A stretch of 64,000 nt of DNA from a candidate division WWE3 bacterium RAAC2_WWE3_1 (GCA_000503835.1 CP006914.1:657680-721679), one strand, 5' to 3'. Shown: positions 9,388 to 20,274, counted from the first letter of the stretch. The notes: generated by a model not told the origin, from the sequence alone. Made by a program: numbers and translations.

Positions 9388-11181
9388 ATGGAACAGAAAA
9401 AGATACGGAATTTTTGCATAATAGCCCATATCGACCACGGCAAATCCACGCTGGCTGACCGTTTTCTCGAGATAACCGGAACCGTCGATAAAAGACACCT
9501 TCAGGAACAAACGCTGGACAGCATGGAGCTGGAGAAGGAAAAGGGCATAACGATTAAGCTCAAAGCCGTGAGGATGAGTTACAAGGGTTACCAAATGAAT
9601 CTCATCGACACACCCGGGCACGTTGATTTTTCCTACGAAGTTTCCAGGTCCCTGGCCGCCTGCGAGGGCGCCGTCCTTGTCGTGGATGCTACACAGGGAA
9701 TACAGGCACAAACCGTTTCAAACGTATACAAGGCCCTCGAATCCAACCTGGTGATAATTCCTGTAATTAACAAGATCGACCTGACAGCTGCCGACGTCGA
9801 GAGCACCGAGAACGATCTCATAGGTACTTTCGGATTTAAAAAGGAAAACATATTCAAAGTGTCGGCTAAGACCGGCGAGGGCGTGGATGCGCTACTTGAA
9901 GAGATAATTAACAAAGTACCGGCACCTTCGGGAAATAAAGAAGCGGCACCGCGCGGGTTGATATTCGACTCCTTTTATGATGAGTATCTCGGAGTTATCA
10001 CGATGGTAAAAGTGACTGACGGAGAGTTCCGGGAGTTTACCGGCGGGACCGGCAGAAAAATACGTTTTCTCGCTACGGGAGTCTCCACAAAACCGGAAGA
10101 GATGGGATATTTCAAGCCCGAAAGAATAAGGGAAGGCAACCTTTCCACGGGGGAGGTCGGTTACATAGCCACGGGGTTAAAAGATATTACCGCGGCAAAC
10201 GTCGGAGACACGGTCTCTTTGGAAGGACGGGAAACGGCACCACTGCCCGGGTACAAAGAAGTTAAACCTTTCGTATTCGTTTCTATTTACCCGATTGAGA
10301 ATGATAAGTTTCCGCAACTCAGAGAAGCCCTTCAAAAACTTTCGCTTTCGGACTCAGCTCTTATGTTCGAGCCTGAAACAAATTCGGCGCTTGGTTTCGG
10401 TTTCAGATGCGGGTTTTTGGGACTTCTGCACGCCGACATAATCCAGGAAAGGCTGGAAAGAGAATACGACCTCAGACTTATATCGACAACTCCCTCCGTC
10501 GAATACCATGTGGAACTTACAAGCGGAGTCACCGTTGAAGTAAGGGCTCCATCTGAAATGCCCGACAGGTCAAGGATTCTCCGGATTTTGGAACCGCGGA
10601 TAAACCTGACAATTATATCTCCCTCCGAATACGTGGGAGAGGTCATAAAACTGTGTGAAGAAAGACGCGGAGAAAACACCAGAATGGAATACCCCAGTGA
10701 AAAAACAGTTTACTTCAGCTATATACTCCCGCTGGCGGAACTTGTTTATAACTTCTTTGACGACTTAAAAAGGGTTTCGTCCGGGTTCGCCTCCCTCGAT
10801 TATGATTTTAGAGACTACGCCCCCGTTGACGCAGTAAAAATGGACATATTAGTTCATAACTCGATTGTCGACCCCCTCTCTCACATAGTCCTCAGGAACA
10901 GAGCCCATGATGTCGGTAAAAACCTTTTAAAGAAACTTAAAGAAATAATACCCAAACAGCAGTTCACTGTGTCATTACAAGCGGCCATCGGCGGAAAAAT
11001 AATCGCCAGGGAAGATATTCCTGCTTTCAGAAAAAACGTTCTGGCCAAGATGAGCGGCGGGCACAGGGAAAGAAAAGACAAACTTTTGGACATCCAGAAA
11101 AAAGGCAAGGAAAGGATGAAAAGAATAGGAAAGGTTGAAATACCGCAGGAAGCCTTTAGACAGATCCTTCAAACCAAGTAA
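9388..11181 (+). CDS. lepA: elongation factor 4 (LepA)
   Basis: IRNFCIIAHIDHGKSTLADR G1 motif, DTPGHVDF, NKID. 597 aa. Confidence 0.95.
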   Translation: MEQKKIRNFCIIAHIDHGKSTLADRFLEITGTVDKRHLQEQTLDSMELEKEKGITIKLKAVRMSYKGYQMNLIDTPGHVDFSYEVSRSLAACEGAVLVVDATQGIQAQTVSNVYKALESNLVIIPVINKIDLTAADVESTENDLIGTFGFKKENIFKVSAKTGEGVDALLEEIINKVPAPSGNKEAAPRGLIFDSFYDEYLGVITMVKVTDGEFREFTGGTGRKIRFLATGVSTKPEEMGYFKPERIREGNLSTGEVGYIATGLKDITAANVGDTVSLEGRETAPLPGYKEVKPFVFVSIYPIENDKFPQLREALQKLSLSDSALMFEPETNSALGFGFRCGFLGLLHADIIQERLEREYDLRLISTTPSVEYHVELTSGVTVEVRAPSEMPDRSRILRILEPRINLTIISPSEYVGEVIKLCEERRGENTRMEYPSEKTVYFSYILPLAELVYNFFDDLKRVSSGFASLDYDFRDYAPVDAVKMDILVHNSIVDPLSHIVLRNRAHDVGKNLLKKLKEIIPKQQFTVSLQAAIGGKIIAREDIPAFRKNVLAKMSGGHRERKDKLLDIQKKGKERMKRIGKVEIPQEAFRQILQTK

Positions 11182-11211
11182 TTCTTGTTATTACAAAAAC
11201 TTCCCGGGGTA

Positions 11212-11240
11212 TTGACACCCTTAGCACTCGTGATATATTA
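11212..11240 (+). promoter_or_regulatory. sigma70-like promoter (TTGACA-N16-TATATT) overlapping a CIRCE-like half-site TTAGCACTC
   Basis: TTGACA at 11212-11217, TATATT at 11234-11239. TTAGCACTC (CIRCE left arm) at 11221-11229, with a degenerate right arm TACTGATAA (6/9 to GAGTGCTAA) 9 nt downstream. Sits just upstream of hrcA. Confidence 0.5.
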
Positions 11241-11248
11241 CTGATAAT

Positions 11249-11971
11249 ATGTTAAGTGACAGACAGCTCCAACTCATACATGCCGTAATAGATGAGTATA
11301 TAAAAAACGCTGAGCCTGTCGGTTCAGTCGAGATAGTGGCTAAGTATAATTTGAGATGCTCCCCCGCAACAATAAGAAATGAAATGGCTAAGCTCATCGA
11401 CCTGGGTTTTCTGGAGATGATGCATACTTCTTCCGGCCGTGTTCCCACAAAAATGGCGTACCGGCTCTATCTGGACCAAATGATGGAAGAAAGAGAACTC
11501 CCTGTCCTTCAGGAAGTTGCTTTAAAACAGCGTCTTTGGACGAACAGATTTGAGTTTGAAAAACTTCTACGCGAATCCGTCTTAGCCTTATCCGAAATGA
11601 GCAGATCCTTGGCTTTCGCAACAACCGGAGATGGCTTTGTAACTTACGCGGGGGCGGCAAATATACTGGATCACAAAGAATTCTGGGATATCGACGTAGC
11701 AAAGCAGGCATTTTCTTTATTGGATGAGTATCACCTTCTGGAAAGGGTTCTTGATAATGCGTCGGCACAAGGCGACATTAAAACACTCATTGAAGAGGAG
11801 GTCGGAATTGAAAAACTAAACAAATGCGCCATGGTCTTCACCGACTACTCTGCCGGAAAAAGATCGGGTAAGATCGGCGTTTTCGGGCCTTCCAGGATAA
11901 GCTACCCGGAGATAATACCTTCGGTTAAATATACAAAGAGATTGATTGAAGAACTCGGCGGTTCCTGGTAA
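11249..11971 (+). CDS. hrcA: heat-inducible transcription repressor HrcA (short form)
   Basis: N-terminal winged-helix region LSDRQLQLIHAVIDEYIKNAEPVGSVEIVAKY... matches HrcA. Followed by grpE-dnaK. Confidence 0.8.
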   Translation: MLSDRQLQLIHAVIDEYIKNAEPVGSVEIVAKYNLRCSPATIRNEMAKLIDLGFLEMMHTSSGRVPTKMAYRLYLDQMMEERELPVLQEVALKQRLWTNRFEFEKLLRESVLALSEMSRSLAFATTGDGFVTYAGAANILDHKEFWDIDVAKQAFSLLDEYHLLERVLDNASAQGDIKTLIEEEVGIEKLNKCAMVFTDYSAGKRSGKIGVFGPSRISYPEIIPSVKYTKRLIEELGGSW

Positions 11972-11991
11972 CCCCAAACATACATTCAAAT

Positions 11992-12444
11992 ATGAAAGAG
12001 GATAAATTACAAAAAGATAAGATTGAGACCCTTGAGAAAAAAGTTGAGGAATTAGAAGAATGCTGGAAAAGGGCTCTCGCGGACTATAAAAACCTCGAGA
12101 AAAGAGTTGAAGAAGAAAAGGGCAGCTGGAGATTTTTCGCAAACGAAGGTTTGATCAGAAGAATACTCCCCGTAATTGACAACCTCGAGCGTCTGAAAAA
12201 ACACATTAACGATAAAGGGCTGGATTTGATAATCAATGAAATGACGTCGGGATTGAAAGAGTTCGGGGTCGAGCAAATCCATTCCGAACAGGCAGAGTTT
12301 GACCCGATGAAAATGGAAGCCGTCGAAATGGTTGACGGAGAAAAAAATAAAGTGGTCGAGACAGTTTCAAAAGGATATTTACTAAATAAAAAGTTAGTTC
12401 GCCCGGCTATAGTTAAAGTCGGCAATGGCCAAAAGGAGGCTTAA
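11992..12444 (+). CDS. grpE: nucleotide exchange factor GrpE
   Basis: 150 aa. Coiled-coil N-terminus and C-terminal beta-domain (ADYKNLEKR..., EAVEMVDGE). Placed between hrcA and dnaK. Confidence 0.85.
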   Translation: MKEDKLQKDKIETLEKKVEELEECWKRALADYKNLEKRVEEEKGSWRFFANEGLIRRILPVIDNLERLKKHINDKGLDLIINEMTSGLKEFGVEQIHSEQAEFDPMKMEAVEMVDGEKNKVVETVSKGYLLNKKLVRPAIVKVGNGQKEA

Positions 12445-14352
12445 ATGTCAAAAATAATAGGGATAGATTTAGGTACAACAAATAGCGTAGTAGCAATTAT
12501 GGAGGCCGGGAGTCCGAAGGTCATTCACAACTCCGAGGGGGCAAATACGACTCCTTCCGTAGTGGTTCCCGACCAGAATCTTGTGGGCGTTCCCGCAAAA
12601 AGACAGCAAGTTGTAAACCCTAAAAATACTGTTTTCAGTATTAAGCGGTTAATGGGCAGAAAGTTTTCAGATACCGAAGTTCAGCAATTGAAAAAAGAGC
12701 TGCCTTACGATATAACACAAACCCCCGGTGGTTTAGCAGGTGTAGAAGTTGAAGGAAAGATCTACACTCCTCAGGAAATTTCCGCGAAAATTCTTGCGAA
12801 GTTAAAAACCGAAGCTGAAAAGTTTACCGGAACAACAATTACCGATGCAGTCATAACTGTCCCTGCCTATTTTAATGATTCCCAGAGAACCGCAACTAAA
12901 GAAGCGGGTCAGATAGCAGGATTAAATGTAAAAAGAATTATTAACGAGCCTACGGCCGCTGCGTTGGCATATGGACTCGATAAAAATATAACCGAAAAAA
13001 TTGTGGTCTTCGATTTGGGAGGCGGAACTTTCGATGTTTCCGTTCTCGATATTTCCGAAGGAGTTTTCGAAGTTAAATCAACGAACGGGGACACCCACCT
13101 TGGGGGTGACGACTTCGACCAGAAAATAATTGCGTGGCTTCTGGAAGAATTCAAAAAGGAAAACGGGATGGATCTTTCTTCGGACAGACAGGCAATGCAA
13201 AGGTTAAAGGACGCCGCTGAAAAAGCAAAAATTGAGCTTTCTTCAACTACAACAACAGAAATTAGTGTTCCCTTTATCACAGCGGACCAGACCGGACCTA
13301 AGCACCTTACCGCCACACTAACACGCGCTCATCTGGAACAACTGGTAGAAGATTTACTGAACAGAACAATCAAACCTATGGAATTGGCATTGAAGGACGC
13401 CGGAATTTCTGTATCTCAAATAAACGAAGTGGTGATGGTCGGCGGAATGACAAGAATGCCTAAAGTCAACGAGATTGTTAAAAACTTTTTCGGCAAAGAA
13501 CCCCACAAAGGTATAAATCCTGATGAAGTGGTTGCCGTCGGAGCTGCTATTCAGGGAGGAGTACTCGGAGGAGATGTTAAGGATGTAGTTTTGCTCGACG
13601 TGACCCCACTGACTCTTGGAATCGAAACTCTGGGCGGCGTCTCAACTCCTTTAATCAAAAGAAACACAACAATACCTACTAAAGCATCCGAAACATTTTC
13701 TACGGCAGCAGACAACCAGCCCGGTGTGGAAATCAATGTACTGCAAGGCGAAAGAAATATGGCCGCAGATAACAAATCTCTCGGAAGATTTATGCTGGAC
13801 GGAATTCCTCCGGCACCCCGCGGATTACCTCAAATTGAGGTGACCTTCGACATTGACGCCAACGGTATTTTGCATGTTACCGCAAAAGACAAAGCGACGG
13901 GAAAAGAACAAAGAATATCCATACAGGGCGGAACCGGATTAAACAAAGATGAAATAGACCGTATGGTTAAAGAAGCTGAAACCCACGCCGACGAAGATAA
14001 AAAGAGAAAAGATCTGGCGGAAAGCAGAAACGTCGCTGACGGATTAACTTACACAGCTGAAAAATCTTTGAAGGACGCCGAAGGAAAAATCCCTGAAGAA
14101 ATGAAAAAAGAAATTAACGATAAAATCGCCGAAATAAGAAACGTACTTCAAACGGCTACCGCGGAAGAACTGAAAAATAAAACTCAGGAACTTTCAACTT
14201 CGTTGCAAAAAATCGGACAGCACTTATACGGCCAACAGGGACAGCAGGGGCAACCTAATCCCGAACAAGGAGGACAGGGGCCTCAGTCCGGACCTGCAGA
14301 CGGACAAGAGCCGAATAACGAAGGGCCTGTCGAGGGCGAGGTTGTTGAATAA
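12445..14352 (+). CDS. dnaK: molecular chaperone DnaK (Hsp70)
   Basis: [18 protein letters not shown], and a GQ-rich C-terminal tail ending in acidic residues (EGEVVE). Confidence 0.95.
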   Translation: MSKIIGIDLGTTNSVVAIMEAGSPKVIHNSEGANTTPSVVVPDQNLVGVPAKRQQVVNPKNTVFSIKRLMGRKFSDTEVQQLKKELPYDITQTPGGLAGVEVEGKIYTPQEISAKILAKLKTEAEKFTGTTITDAVITVPAYFNDSQRTATKEAGQIAGLNVKRIINEPTAAALAYGLDKNITEKIVVFDLGGGTFDVSVLDISEGVFEVKSTNGDTHLGGDDFDQKIIAWLLEEFKKENGMDLSSDRQAMQRLKDAAEKAKIELSSTTTTEISVPFITADQTGPKHLTATLTRAHLEQLVEDLLNRTIKPMELALKDAGISVSQINEVVMVGGMTRMPKVNEIVKNFFGKEPHKGINPDEVVAVGAAIQGGVLGGDVKDVVLLDVTPLTLGIETLGGVSTPLIKRNTTIPTKASETFSTAADNQPGVEINVLQGERNMAADNKSLGRFMLDGIPPAPRGLPQIEVTFDIDANGILHVTAKDKATGKEQRISIQGGTGLNKDEIDRMVKEAETHADEDKKRKDLAESRNVADGLTYTAEKSLKDAEGKIPEEMKKEINDKIAEIRNVLQTATAEELKNKTQELSTSLQKIGQHLYGQQGQQGQPNPEQGGQGPQSGPADGQEPNNEGPVEGEVVE

Positions 14353-14412
14353 GTACCCGGCACTTCAGGTAGAAAACTATTTACGGGTTATCAAAAATGC
14401 TATATTTACTCT

Positions 14413-15570
14413 ATGCCTGTTGAAACAGTGAATAGTATTGCATTCGAAGTTTCCCAAGATGAAAAAACCAGAGAAGAGACACCCCATGGAACAGACTCGT
14501 GGGCTATCCCTGAAACCAAAGAACTCACTACAAGCGGAGCAGAAGCACGCGCCGGTGAGGTGTTGATGGATGTTTATAAAGCAGTACCGGAAATAACCGG
14601 GTACCTGCTGGGCTCAAAGGAAAGTACCCCAACAGTTATTGGAGTCGACTCAAACGGAATGATTCTTTTTCCTGAAACCGGCACCGTAGTTATACCTTAC
14701 GATGTTTCCTCACAAGAACGCATCCGTATGTTGAAGCAACCTATAAAATCCGCACTCGATACGACAGACGATGGTTGGATTTTTACCGAAGTAATAAGAC
14801 CTGAAACTTCCGCTGGAAGGAACCGCATTGATACGGAAGAAGACCTTGCTAATCTTTCGGTAAGAAATATAACTGAAAGGGCGCCTCTCGAGGCAAAAGA
14901 CGTTAAAAAAATGACGGCACAAGTGATGAGACATATATCGGGAGCGCTTCCCACCGACGGGGAAACCAGCGCAGTCGAGCTATCCGGAGAAGGCGGAGTA
15001 AAAGTAAAGGTGCACACGGAAAAGGACGGAAAAGGAAAAACAATATTACTTGATGAAAACGGACAAAAAGTAAATCTTTCCGACTACCCTGACGATGTTA
15101 GGAACCTGTATGAAAGCTACTTTCACGGACCTGCTTCAGGGGAGGAACCTCTGGGAATAGAGGCGGCCTTTCCTTCAGCAAGAGGGCAAAAACTTCCAGA
15201 CGAACTTGAAACAAGAATCGGGGACTTTCCGGAAACAGAAGAGAAAGTGAAAAGGTACGCCGGGAAAAAACGCCACGGGATCTATATGGAACTGGAACAC
15301 CCTGCAGAGGCTGTAAACAAAATGCTTGCCGCTGAAAGAAAAGAAAGGCCGCTTCAACTGCCCGCAAATGAACCGGGAAGACTCCCGGAAGCATTTGAAA
15401 GAACAGGTATTGTTCCCATTATTATCGGAATAGAAGGAAAATTTACTGCCTTTTACGACGAAAAGAAAAATGACATCATTCTTTGTGTGAGAAACCGGGA
15501 GAACAACTGGACTGCCTCAAGGTTAGAAAAGATACCGCAGGAAAAAATCGAATCTCTTTGGGCTGAATAA
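14413..15570 (+). CDS. hypothetical protein (occupies the position where dnaJ is often found)
   Basis: 385-aa ORF with clean coding frame. No recognisable motif. Confidence 0.5.
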   Translation: MPVETVNSIAFEVSQDEKTREETPHGTDSWAIPETKELTTSGAEARAGEVLMDVYKAVPEITGYLLGSKESTPTVIGVDSNGMILFPETGTVVIPYDVSSQERIRMLKQPIKSALDTTDDGWIFTEVIRPETSAGRNRIDTEEDLANLSVRNITERAPLEAKDVKKMTAQVMRHISGALPTDGETSAVELSGEGGVKVKVHTEKDGKGKTILLDENGQKVNLSDYPDDVRNLYESYFHGPASGEEPLGIEAAFPSARGQKLPDELETRIGDFPETEEKVKRYAGKKRHGIYMELEHPAEAVNKMLAAERKERPLQLPANEPGRLPEAFERTGIVPIIIGIEGKFTAFYDEKKNDIILCVRNRENNWTASRLEKIPQEKIESLWAE

Positions 15571-15580
15571 CTCTTACCAA

Positions 15581-15607
15581 TTGAACAAATCCCCACGTTG
15601 ATATAAT
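15581..15607 (+). promoter_or_regulatory. candidate promoter with extended -10 (TTGAAC ... TGATATAAT)
   Basis: TGATATAAT at 15599-15607, TTGAAC at 15581-15586 (short 15-nt spacer). About 70 nt upstream of the 15675 ORF. Confidence 0.35.
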
Positions 15608-15674
15608 ATATTCTTATACACAAACTGCCCAAGTTGTTGCTATCCCTGCAATGACAGCGGCATAAGTAAAGACC

Positions 15675-15941
15675 ATGAATGCCGTACAAATAACCACAAT
15701 AATTGTTTTAGTAGTTTTCATTATTGATGTGACCGCCGTATCGGTTTTTCTCATCTTATTTCTGAGAGATTTGAGAACCGCGGCACAGGACGCCGACAAA
15801 ACCCTCAAAGACGTCAGGCATATTACAGGCGCAGTAGGAGGACCGATTGCCGTTGCAGCCGGACTTCTTGAGAACGTAGCCAGAGGAACAAAAGCATTCA
15901 AAGTAATAAGTAGTATTTTTAATAAAAACGAGGAGGACTAA
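15675..15941 (+). CDS. small membrane protein
   Basis: 88 aa. One N-terminal TM helix followed by an amphipathic region. Confidence 0.4.
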   Translation: MNAVQITTIIVLVVFIIDVTAVSVFLILFLRDLRTAAQDADKTLKDVRHITGAVGGPIAVAAGLLENVARGTKAFKVISSIFNKNEED

Positions 15942-15942
15942 T

Positions 15943-16254
15943 ATGTGTGACCATGACGACCCAAAATCTTTCGTGAAAGGGGCTTTTTGGGGAGCGCTGG
16001 CAGGGGCGGTTTTAGGTATTTTGTTCGCCCCGGAGTCAGGCGAGAAGACCAGAAAAAAGATAAAGGACAAATCTGAAGAGCTGGCGGAAAAAGGTATGGA
16101 AGCCGCAGAGCGAGTGACCGATAAAGTAGAAGAAGTAAAAAACCGGGTCGAGCCCTACAAGGAAAAAGCCGAAGAATTTATCCGCGACACGGAAGAGCGT
16201 GCCAAAGAAGAAGCGGACAACATCAAAAAACGATACTTTAAGGGAACTAAATAA
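15943..16254 (+). CDS. YtxH-like (DUF948) stress protein
   Basis: GAFWGALAGAVLGILFAPESGEKTRKKIKDK hallmark N-terminus, then a K/E-rich coiled coil. Confidence 0.6.
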   Translation: MCDHDDPKSFVKGAFWGALAGAVLGILFAPESGEKTRKKIKDKSEELAEKGMEAAERVTDKVEEVKNRVEPYKEKAEEFIRDTEERAKEEADNIKKRYFKGTK

Positions 16255-16274
16255 CCCGGGACCGCGCCTGATAC

Positions 16275-16610
16275 TTGTTAATATCCCCGTTTGTTAGTGT
16301 TAGAATATTTCTAATGCCGCGATCAATCACATCTTTGGGAAATTTCGAAGAGACCTCTCCGGAAGTACAAGAGCCCGGAATTGAAATTATTCCTCAAGTA
16401 ACTCCCGAAGTAGAAAAGGGGGGAGAAATGCCTTCTGTAGTCAATATACCGGAAACTGCCGCGCCTCCGATTGTTGATGTAAGCACGCACGAAACTCTAC
16501 CGGACCACCCCGTCACCCCGAAAGATTCCATAACATCTCTTGCGAACGAAGAGGAAAGCCGCTTCAGACAAGAAGTTCAGGAAGAAAAACTGCCCAATGG
16601 ATCAGCTTAA
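16275..16610 (+). CDS. hypothetical Pro/Glu-rich protein
   Basis: 111-aa low-complexity P/E/T-rich ORF. Its 3' end overlaps the VirB4-like gene start. Confidence 0.3.
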   Translation: MLISPFVSVRIFLMPRSITSLGNFEETSPEVQEPGIEIIPQVTPEVEKGGEMPSVVNIPETAAPPIVDVSTHETLPDHPVTPKDSITSLANEEESRFRQEVQEEKLPNGSA

Positions 16611-19041
16611 CAATCTAGATAGCATTAATACAACAGTCGAAAACACTGCGCACACAGCTGAATTTATTGCACCTATCCTTTTCGTCCTCTTCATAGCTCT
16701 TTATGTTTTTGTCGTGTGGAAGAAAAAACAGAACGAGAAAGTATCCCAATACAAGCTGACTTTTTTACAGGTTAAACTTCCCCCCGACAACGAAATAGAG
16801 GTAAAAGCCGCTGAACATATGTTTTCCAACCTGATGGGTTTTCAAAAAAGTTTCCTTCAATCCATATTTACAGAACCTTTTAGGATTTCGTTTGAGATAG
16901 TTTCAAAAGCCGACGGAATAGCATTTTACGTTGTCGCCCCAAATGAAATTGCAACTATAGTAGAAAAACAAATTAACGGAGCTTACCCTACGGCGGAAAT
17001 AGATATAATAAACCCCCATGAAATATGGGATAGGGGCTCTTACACACAGGTAGTGGAATTAAAACTACGCGGACCTTCATACTACCCACTCAAAATTTAT
17101 GAGGATCTGAAAAACGACTCTCTGAGCTCTATTACTTCTGCCATGAGTAAACTGAGCGATGACGAGGTCGTTGCGGTACAGTACGTTATTCAGCCTGCAG
17201 GGGATAACTGGAGACTGGCCGGTAGAAGATTTTGCTCCAGTATCAGACAACGGGCGGCTGATCCGGAAAAAAAGGTAAACATAGACACGTCATTCCTCGA
17301 AGGAATAGAAAAAAAGACCGCACTACCCGGGTTCTATACAAAGATCAGGATCGTCTCCGTGGCTAAAGACAAATTTGCCGCACAGTCCAACGTTCAGAAC
17401 ATGCTCAGCGCCTTCGAACAATTCACAAACATGAACTACAACAAACTTGTAAGGAAAACTATGATTTCGGCCAAAACTCTCATCAAAAATTTTATTTACA
17501 GAAAAATAAAAGTGAAGGATGTATACATACCTGTTGCCGGAATACAGATTTACTCCGATACGTCGGTCCTAAATATCGAAGAGCTTGCGACCGTGTTTCA
17601 CTTCCCGAATAAAAATATTGAGACGCCGAACATTATTTGGCTCACCGCGAGAAAATCTTCGGCCCCGGTCAACCTGCCGACAACCGGCCTTTACCTTGGA
17701 AAGAGTAACTTCAGGGGCGTAGAGAAGCAGATCTTTATGAGCCAGGAAGACAGGGCGCGGCACTTTTACATCATCGGACAAACGGGTACCGGTAAGTCTC
17801 AATTTTTAATGTCGCTTGCATTGCAGGATATCCAAAATGGCGAGGGTGTGGCAATAATAGACCCCCACGGAACTGATGTGGAGGAATTGTTAAAAAAGAT
17901 ACCGCCTTCAAGAAAAGATGATGTTATTCTTTTCGACGCGTCAGACACAGAAAGACCGATGGGTATAAACATGCTGGAAGCAAGGTCGGAAGAAGAGAAA
18001 CATCTGATAATCAACTCTTTCATAGCCCTTCTTTATAAACTTTACGACCCTAACCACCAGGGAATAATGGGGCCTGTTTTGGAGCGAACCGTAAGAAACG
18101 TTATGCTGACCGCGATGTCTGACCCGGACAGCACAATGATTGACGTTATGAGGCTCCTCACGGACTCCAACTACAGCAAAGTATTTATCGAAAGACTCAC
18201 CGACCCGCTGGTGAAAAGGTACTGGATAGACGAGGTCGCCAGCGTTCCGCAGGGAAAAAGGGGTGAAAATATGCAATATTTCACCGCTAAGTTCGACCGT
18301 TTCGTTACTGACAGAACTATGCGAAATATTTTAGGCCAGAAGAAATCCGCGTTTAATTTTGATGATGTTATGGCACAGAAAAAAGTACTTCTCGTCGATC
18401 TGTCAAAAGGAAAAATAGGCGAGGAAAATTCCAACTTTATTGGGTTATTATTGGTACCGAGAATATTATCAGCTGCCCTGAGAAGACATTCTCTATTAAC
18501 CAAGGGGGTCGCTTATCCGGACTTTTATCTCTACGTCGATGAATTTCAAAACTTCGCTACCCCTGACTTCGCGACAATCCTTTCGGAGGCCAGAAAGTAT
18601 AAATTGAACCTTACCGTTGCGCACCAGTTTATTTCCCAGCTCGATGACCAGATCAAAGAAGCCGTGTTCGGCAACGTCGGTACGATGTGTGCTTTCAGGG
18701 TGGGAGCGGAAGATTCGGAATTTCTGGAAAATCAATTTGCCCCTAAATTCACAAAGACCGATCTTATAAACCTATCGATAGGCAACTGCTACGCAAGAAT
18801 GCTTGTGAAAGGACAACCGACCCCTCCTTTCTCTCTGGCTGTAGACTGGAACAAGATAACTTCAACTCCAAAGGACGAGATACTGGCAAGGAACATCAAA
18901 GAAACATGCCGCCTCAAATACGGAGTTCCGGCAGAAGAAGTCGAAGAGTACATAAAACTCCGTGCCGGTTACGAAGAGAGAAAAGAACCGGAAGAGGCGC
19001 CCCTGCCTAAGATTCCTCCTCCCGGCAGAATTCCCTTTTAA
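16597..19041 (+). CDS. VirB4/TrbE-like type IV secretion ATPase (DUF87-type P-loop NTPase)
   Basis: About 815 aa. N-terminal TM helix. Walker A GQTGTGKS near residue 415. Walker B ...LYVDEFQNF and an ...EARKYKLNLTVAHQ motif about 240 aa downstream. This spacing is VirB4-like rather than VirD4-like. Confidence 0.5.
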   Translation: MDQLNNLDSINTTVENTAHTAEFIAPILFVLFIALYVFVVWKKKQNEKVSQYKLTFLQVKLPPDNEIEVKAAEHMFSNLMGFQKSFLQSIFTEPFRISFEIVSKADGIAFYVVAPNEIATIVEKQINGAYPTAEIDIINPHEIWDRGSYTQVVELKLRGPSYYPLKIYEDLKNDSLSSITSAMSKLSDDEVVAVQYVIQPAGDNWRLAGRRFCSSIRQRAADPEKKVNIDTSFLEGIEKKTALPGFYTKIRIVSVAKDKFAAQSNVQNMLSAFEQFTNMNYNKLVRKTMISAKTLIKNFIYRKIKVKDVYIPVAGIQIYSDTSVLNIEELATVFHFPNKNIETPNIIWLTARKSSAPVNLPTTGLYLGKSNFRGVEKQIFMSQEDRARHFYIIGQTGTGKSQFLMSLALQDIQNGEGVAIIDPHGTDVEELLKKIPPSRKDDVILFDASDTERPMGINMLEARSEEEKHLIINSFIALLYKLYDPNHQGIMGPVLERTVRNVMLTAMSDPDSTMIDVMRLLTDSNYSKVFIERLTDPLVKRYWIDEVASVPQGKRGENMQYFTAKFDRFVTDRTMRNILGQKKSAFNFDDVMAQKKVLLVDLSKGKIGEENSNFIGLLLVPRILSAALRRHSLLTKGVAYPDFYLYVDEFQNFATPDFATILSEARKYKLNLTVAHQFISQLDDQIKEAVFGNVGTMCAFRVGAEDSEFLENQFAPKFTKTDLINLSIGNCYARMLVKGQPTPPFSLAVDWNKITSTPKDEILARNIKETCRLKYGVPAEEVEEYIKLRAGYEERKEPEEAPLPKIPPPGRIPF

Positions 19042-19059
19042 TCCCGTTGCTGTATAATC

Positions 19060-20274
19060 ATGATAATGATAACGCTGCCGTTCCTCCAGAAAAGTACAAA
19101 GCGCCCCAGCAAATTTTTGACACTTTCCATAAATTCCGAAGATGTAAAATGCGCTGTTTTTTATGACGACCCGGCAGAAGCAAAACTTAAAATATTGGGG
19201 GCGGGAAGACAGATTTTATCAAAAGACAGTTCAAGAGCCGGAATAATCGTCGATAAAGATGATGTAGAAGGCGCCGCCGAAGAGGCTATAAGACGTGCGC
19301 TGGAAAATACCGAGGGTGACGTTCCTCATCTTATTATCGCTGCAGGAAATGCTACAGTGCTCGGAATTACAACAACGGTAAGGTACAGAAGAAAGGAGCC
19401 CCACACGGCCATAAATGATAAAGAGGTCACCCGTCTTTACGAACGCATCTCGGAGGCCGCTTATATTGAAGCCCAGAACGAATACTTGAGCACCACGGGT
19501 AACGCCGACGAAAATCTCGAGATTATAACAACATCCGACGTTTCGCTAAAAATTGACGGGCACTCGGTAAAAGGTTTGGAAGGAAACGCCGGGTTGGTTA
19601 TAGAAGCGGCCGTCTACCATGCTTTTTGCCCCGAGTATCACATAAAAGCTCTTCAGGCACTGGCAAAAAAGCTCGGTCTGAGCATACTGGCGGTAGGCTC
19701 CGGAATGTATTGCGCAGCTCAATGGGTCAAGAAAATAACCCCCGAGATAACCGATTACATCCTGGTAGATGTTGCGGAGGATACTACCAATGTTTCAATC
19801 GTTTTCGGCGGAGGTATTGTAGCCACTAAATTTTTAAGTCTGGGGCACAGACATTTTGTGGAACAAATTGCCGAGCGTATGGGAGTCACCATGGAAGAGG
19901 CCGGAAAATTACTCAAATCTTATATCAGTGAGGTACTGTCCGACCCCGAAATGGAAGTGGTCGGAGGCTGTATAAAAGAGGCTATAAAAATATGGGTGAT
20001 GGGGATTGAAATACTATTCGGAGAGTTCACCGGGGTTAAAACCTTTCCTTCCAAAATATTTTTACTGGGGGCGGGAGCGGAGATACCCGAAGTTGTAAAG
20101 GCGCTGATGACGGATTCGTGGGCAAAGAACATACCCTTCAGGGAGACGCGGGAAGTATCTCTCATGGAAATCGAAGGTCTTCCTGTCACCGACGCAACAG
20201 GGGTCGTGAAAAGTAAAGACTGGTTTAGCAACGCAGTTCTATCTATAATCTATAAGGAAATTTTTGATAAATAA
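19060..20274 (+). CDS. actin-like ATPase, PilM/FtsA family
   Basis: 404 aa. N-terminal FLTLSINSEDVKCAVF resembles the PilM/FtsA phosphate-1 region. No ftsZ follows. Confidence 0.4.
   Translation: MIMITLPFLQKSTKRPSKFLTLSINSEDVKCAVFYDDPAEAKLKILGAGRQILSKDSSRAGIIVDKDDVEGAAEEAIRRALENTEGDVPHLIIAAGNATVLGITTTVRYRRKEPHTAINDKEVTRLYERISEAAYIEAQNEYLSTTGNADENLEIITTSDVSLKIDGHSVKGLEGNAGLVIEAAVYHAFCPEYHIKALQALAKKLGLSILAVGSGMYCAAQWVKKITPEITDYILVDVAEDTTNVSIVFGGGIVATKFLSLGHRHFVEQIAERMGVTMEEAGKLLKSYISEVLSDPEMEVVGGCIKEAIKIWVMGIEILFGEFTGVKTFPSKIFLLGAGAEIPEVVKALMTDSWAKNIPFRETREVSLMEIEGLPVTDATGVVKSKDWFSNAVLSIIYKEIFDK

Noticed and set aside
12909-13775. Antisense ORFs inside dnaK (135 aa and 74 aa)
   Set aside because: They are embedded opposite a highly conserved gene. 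This is typical spurious antisense frames, as are similar ones inside lepA, valS, the giant genes and others.
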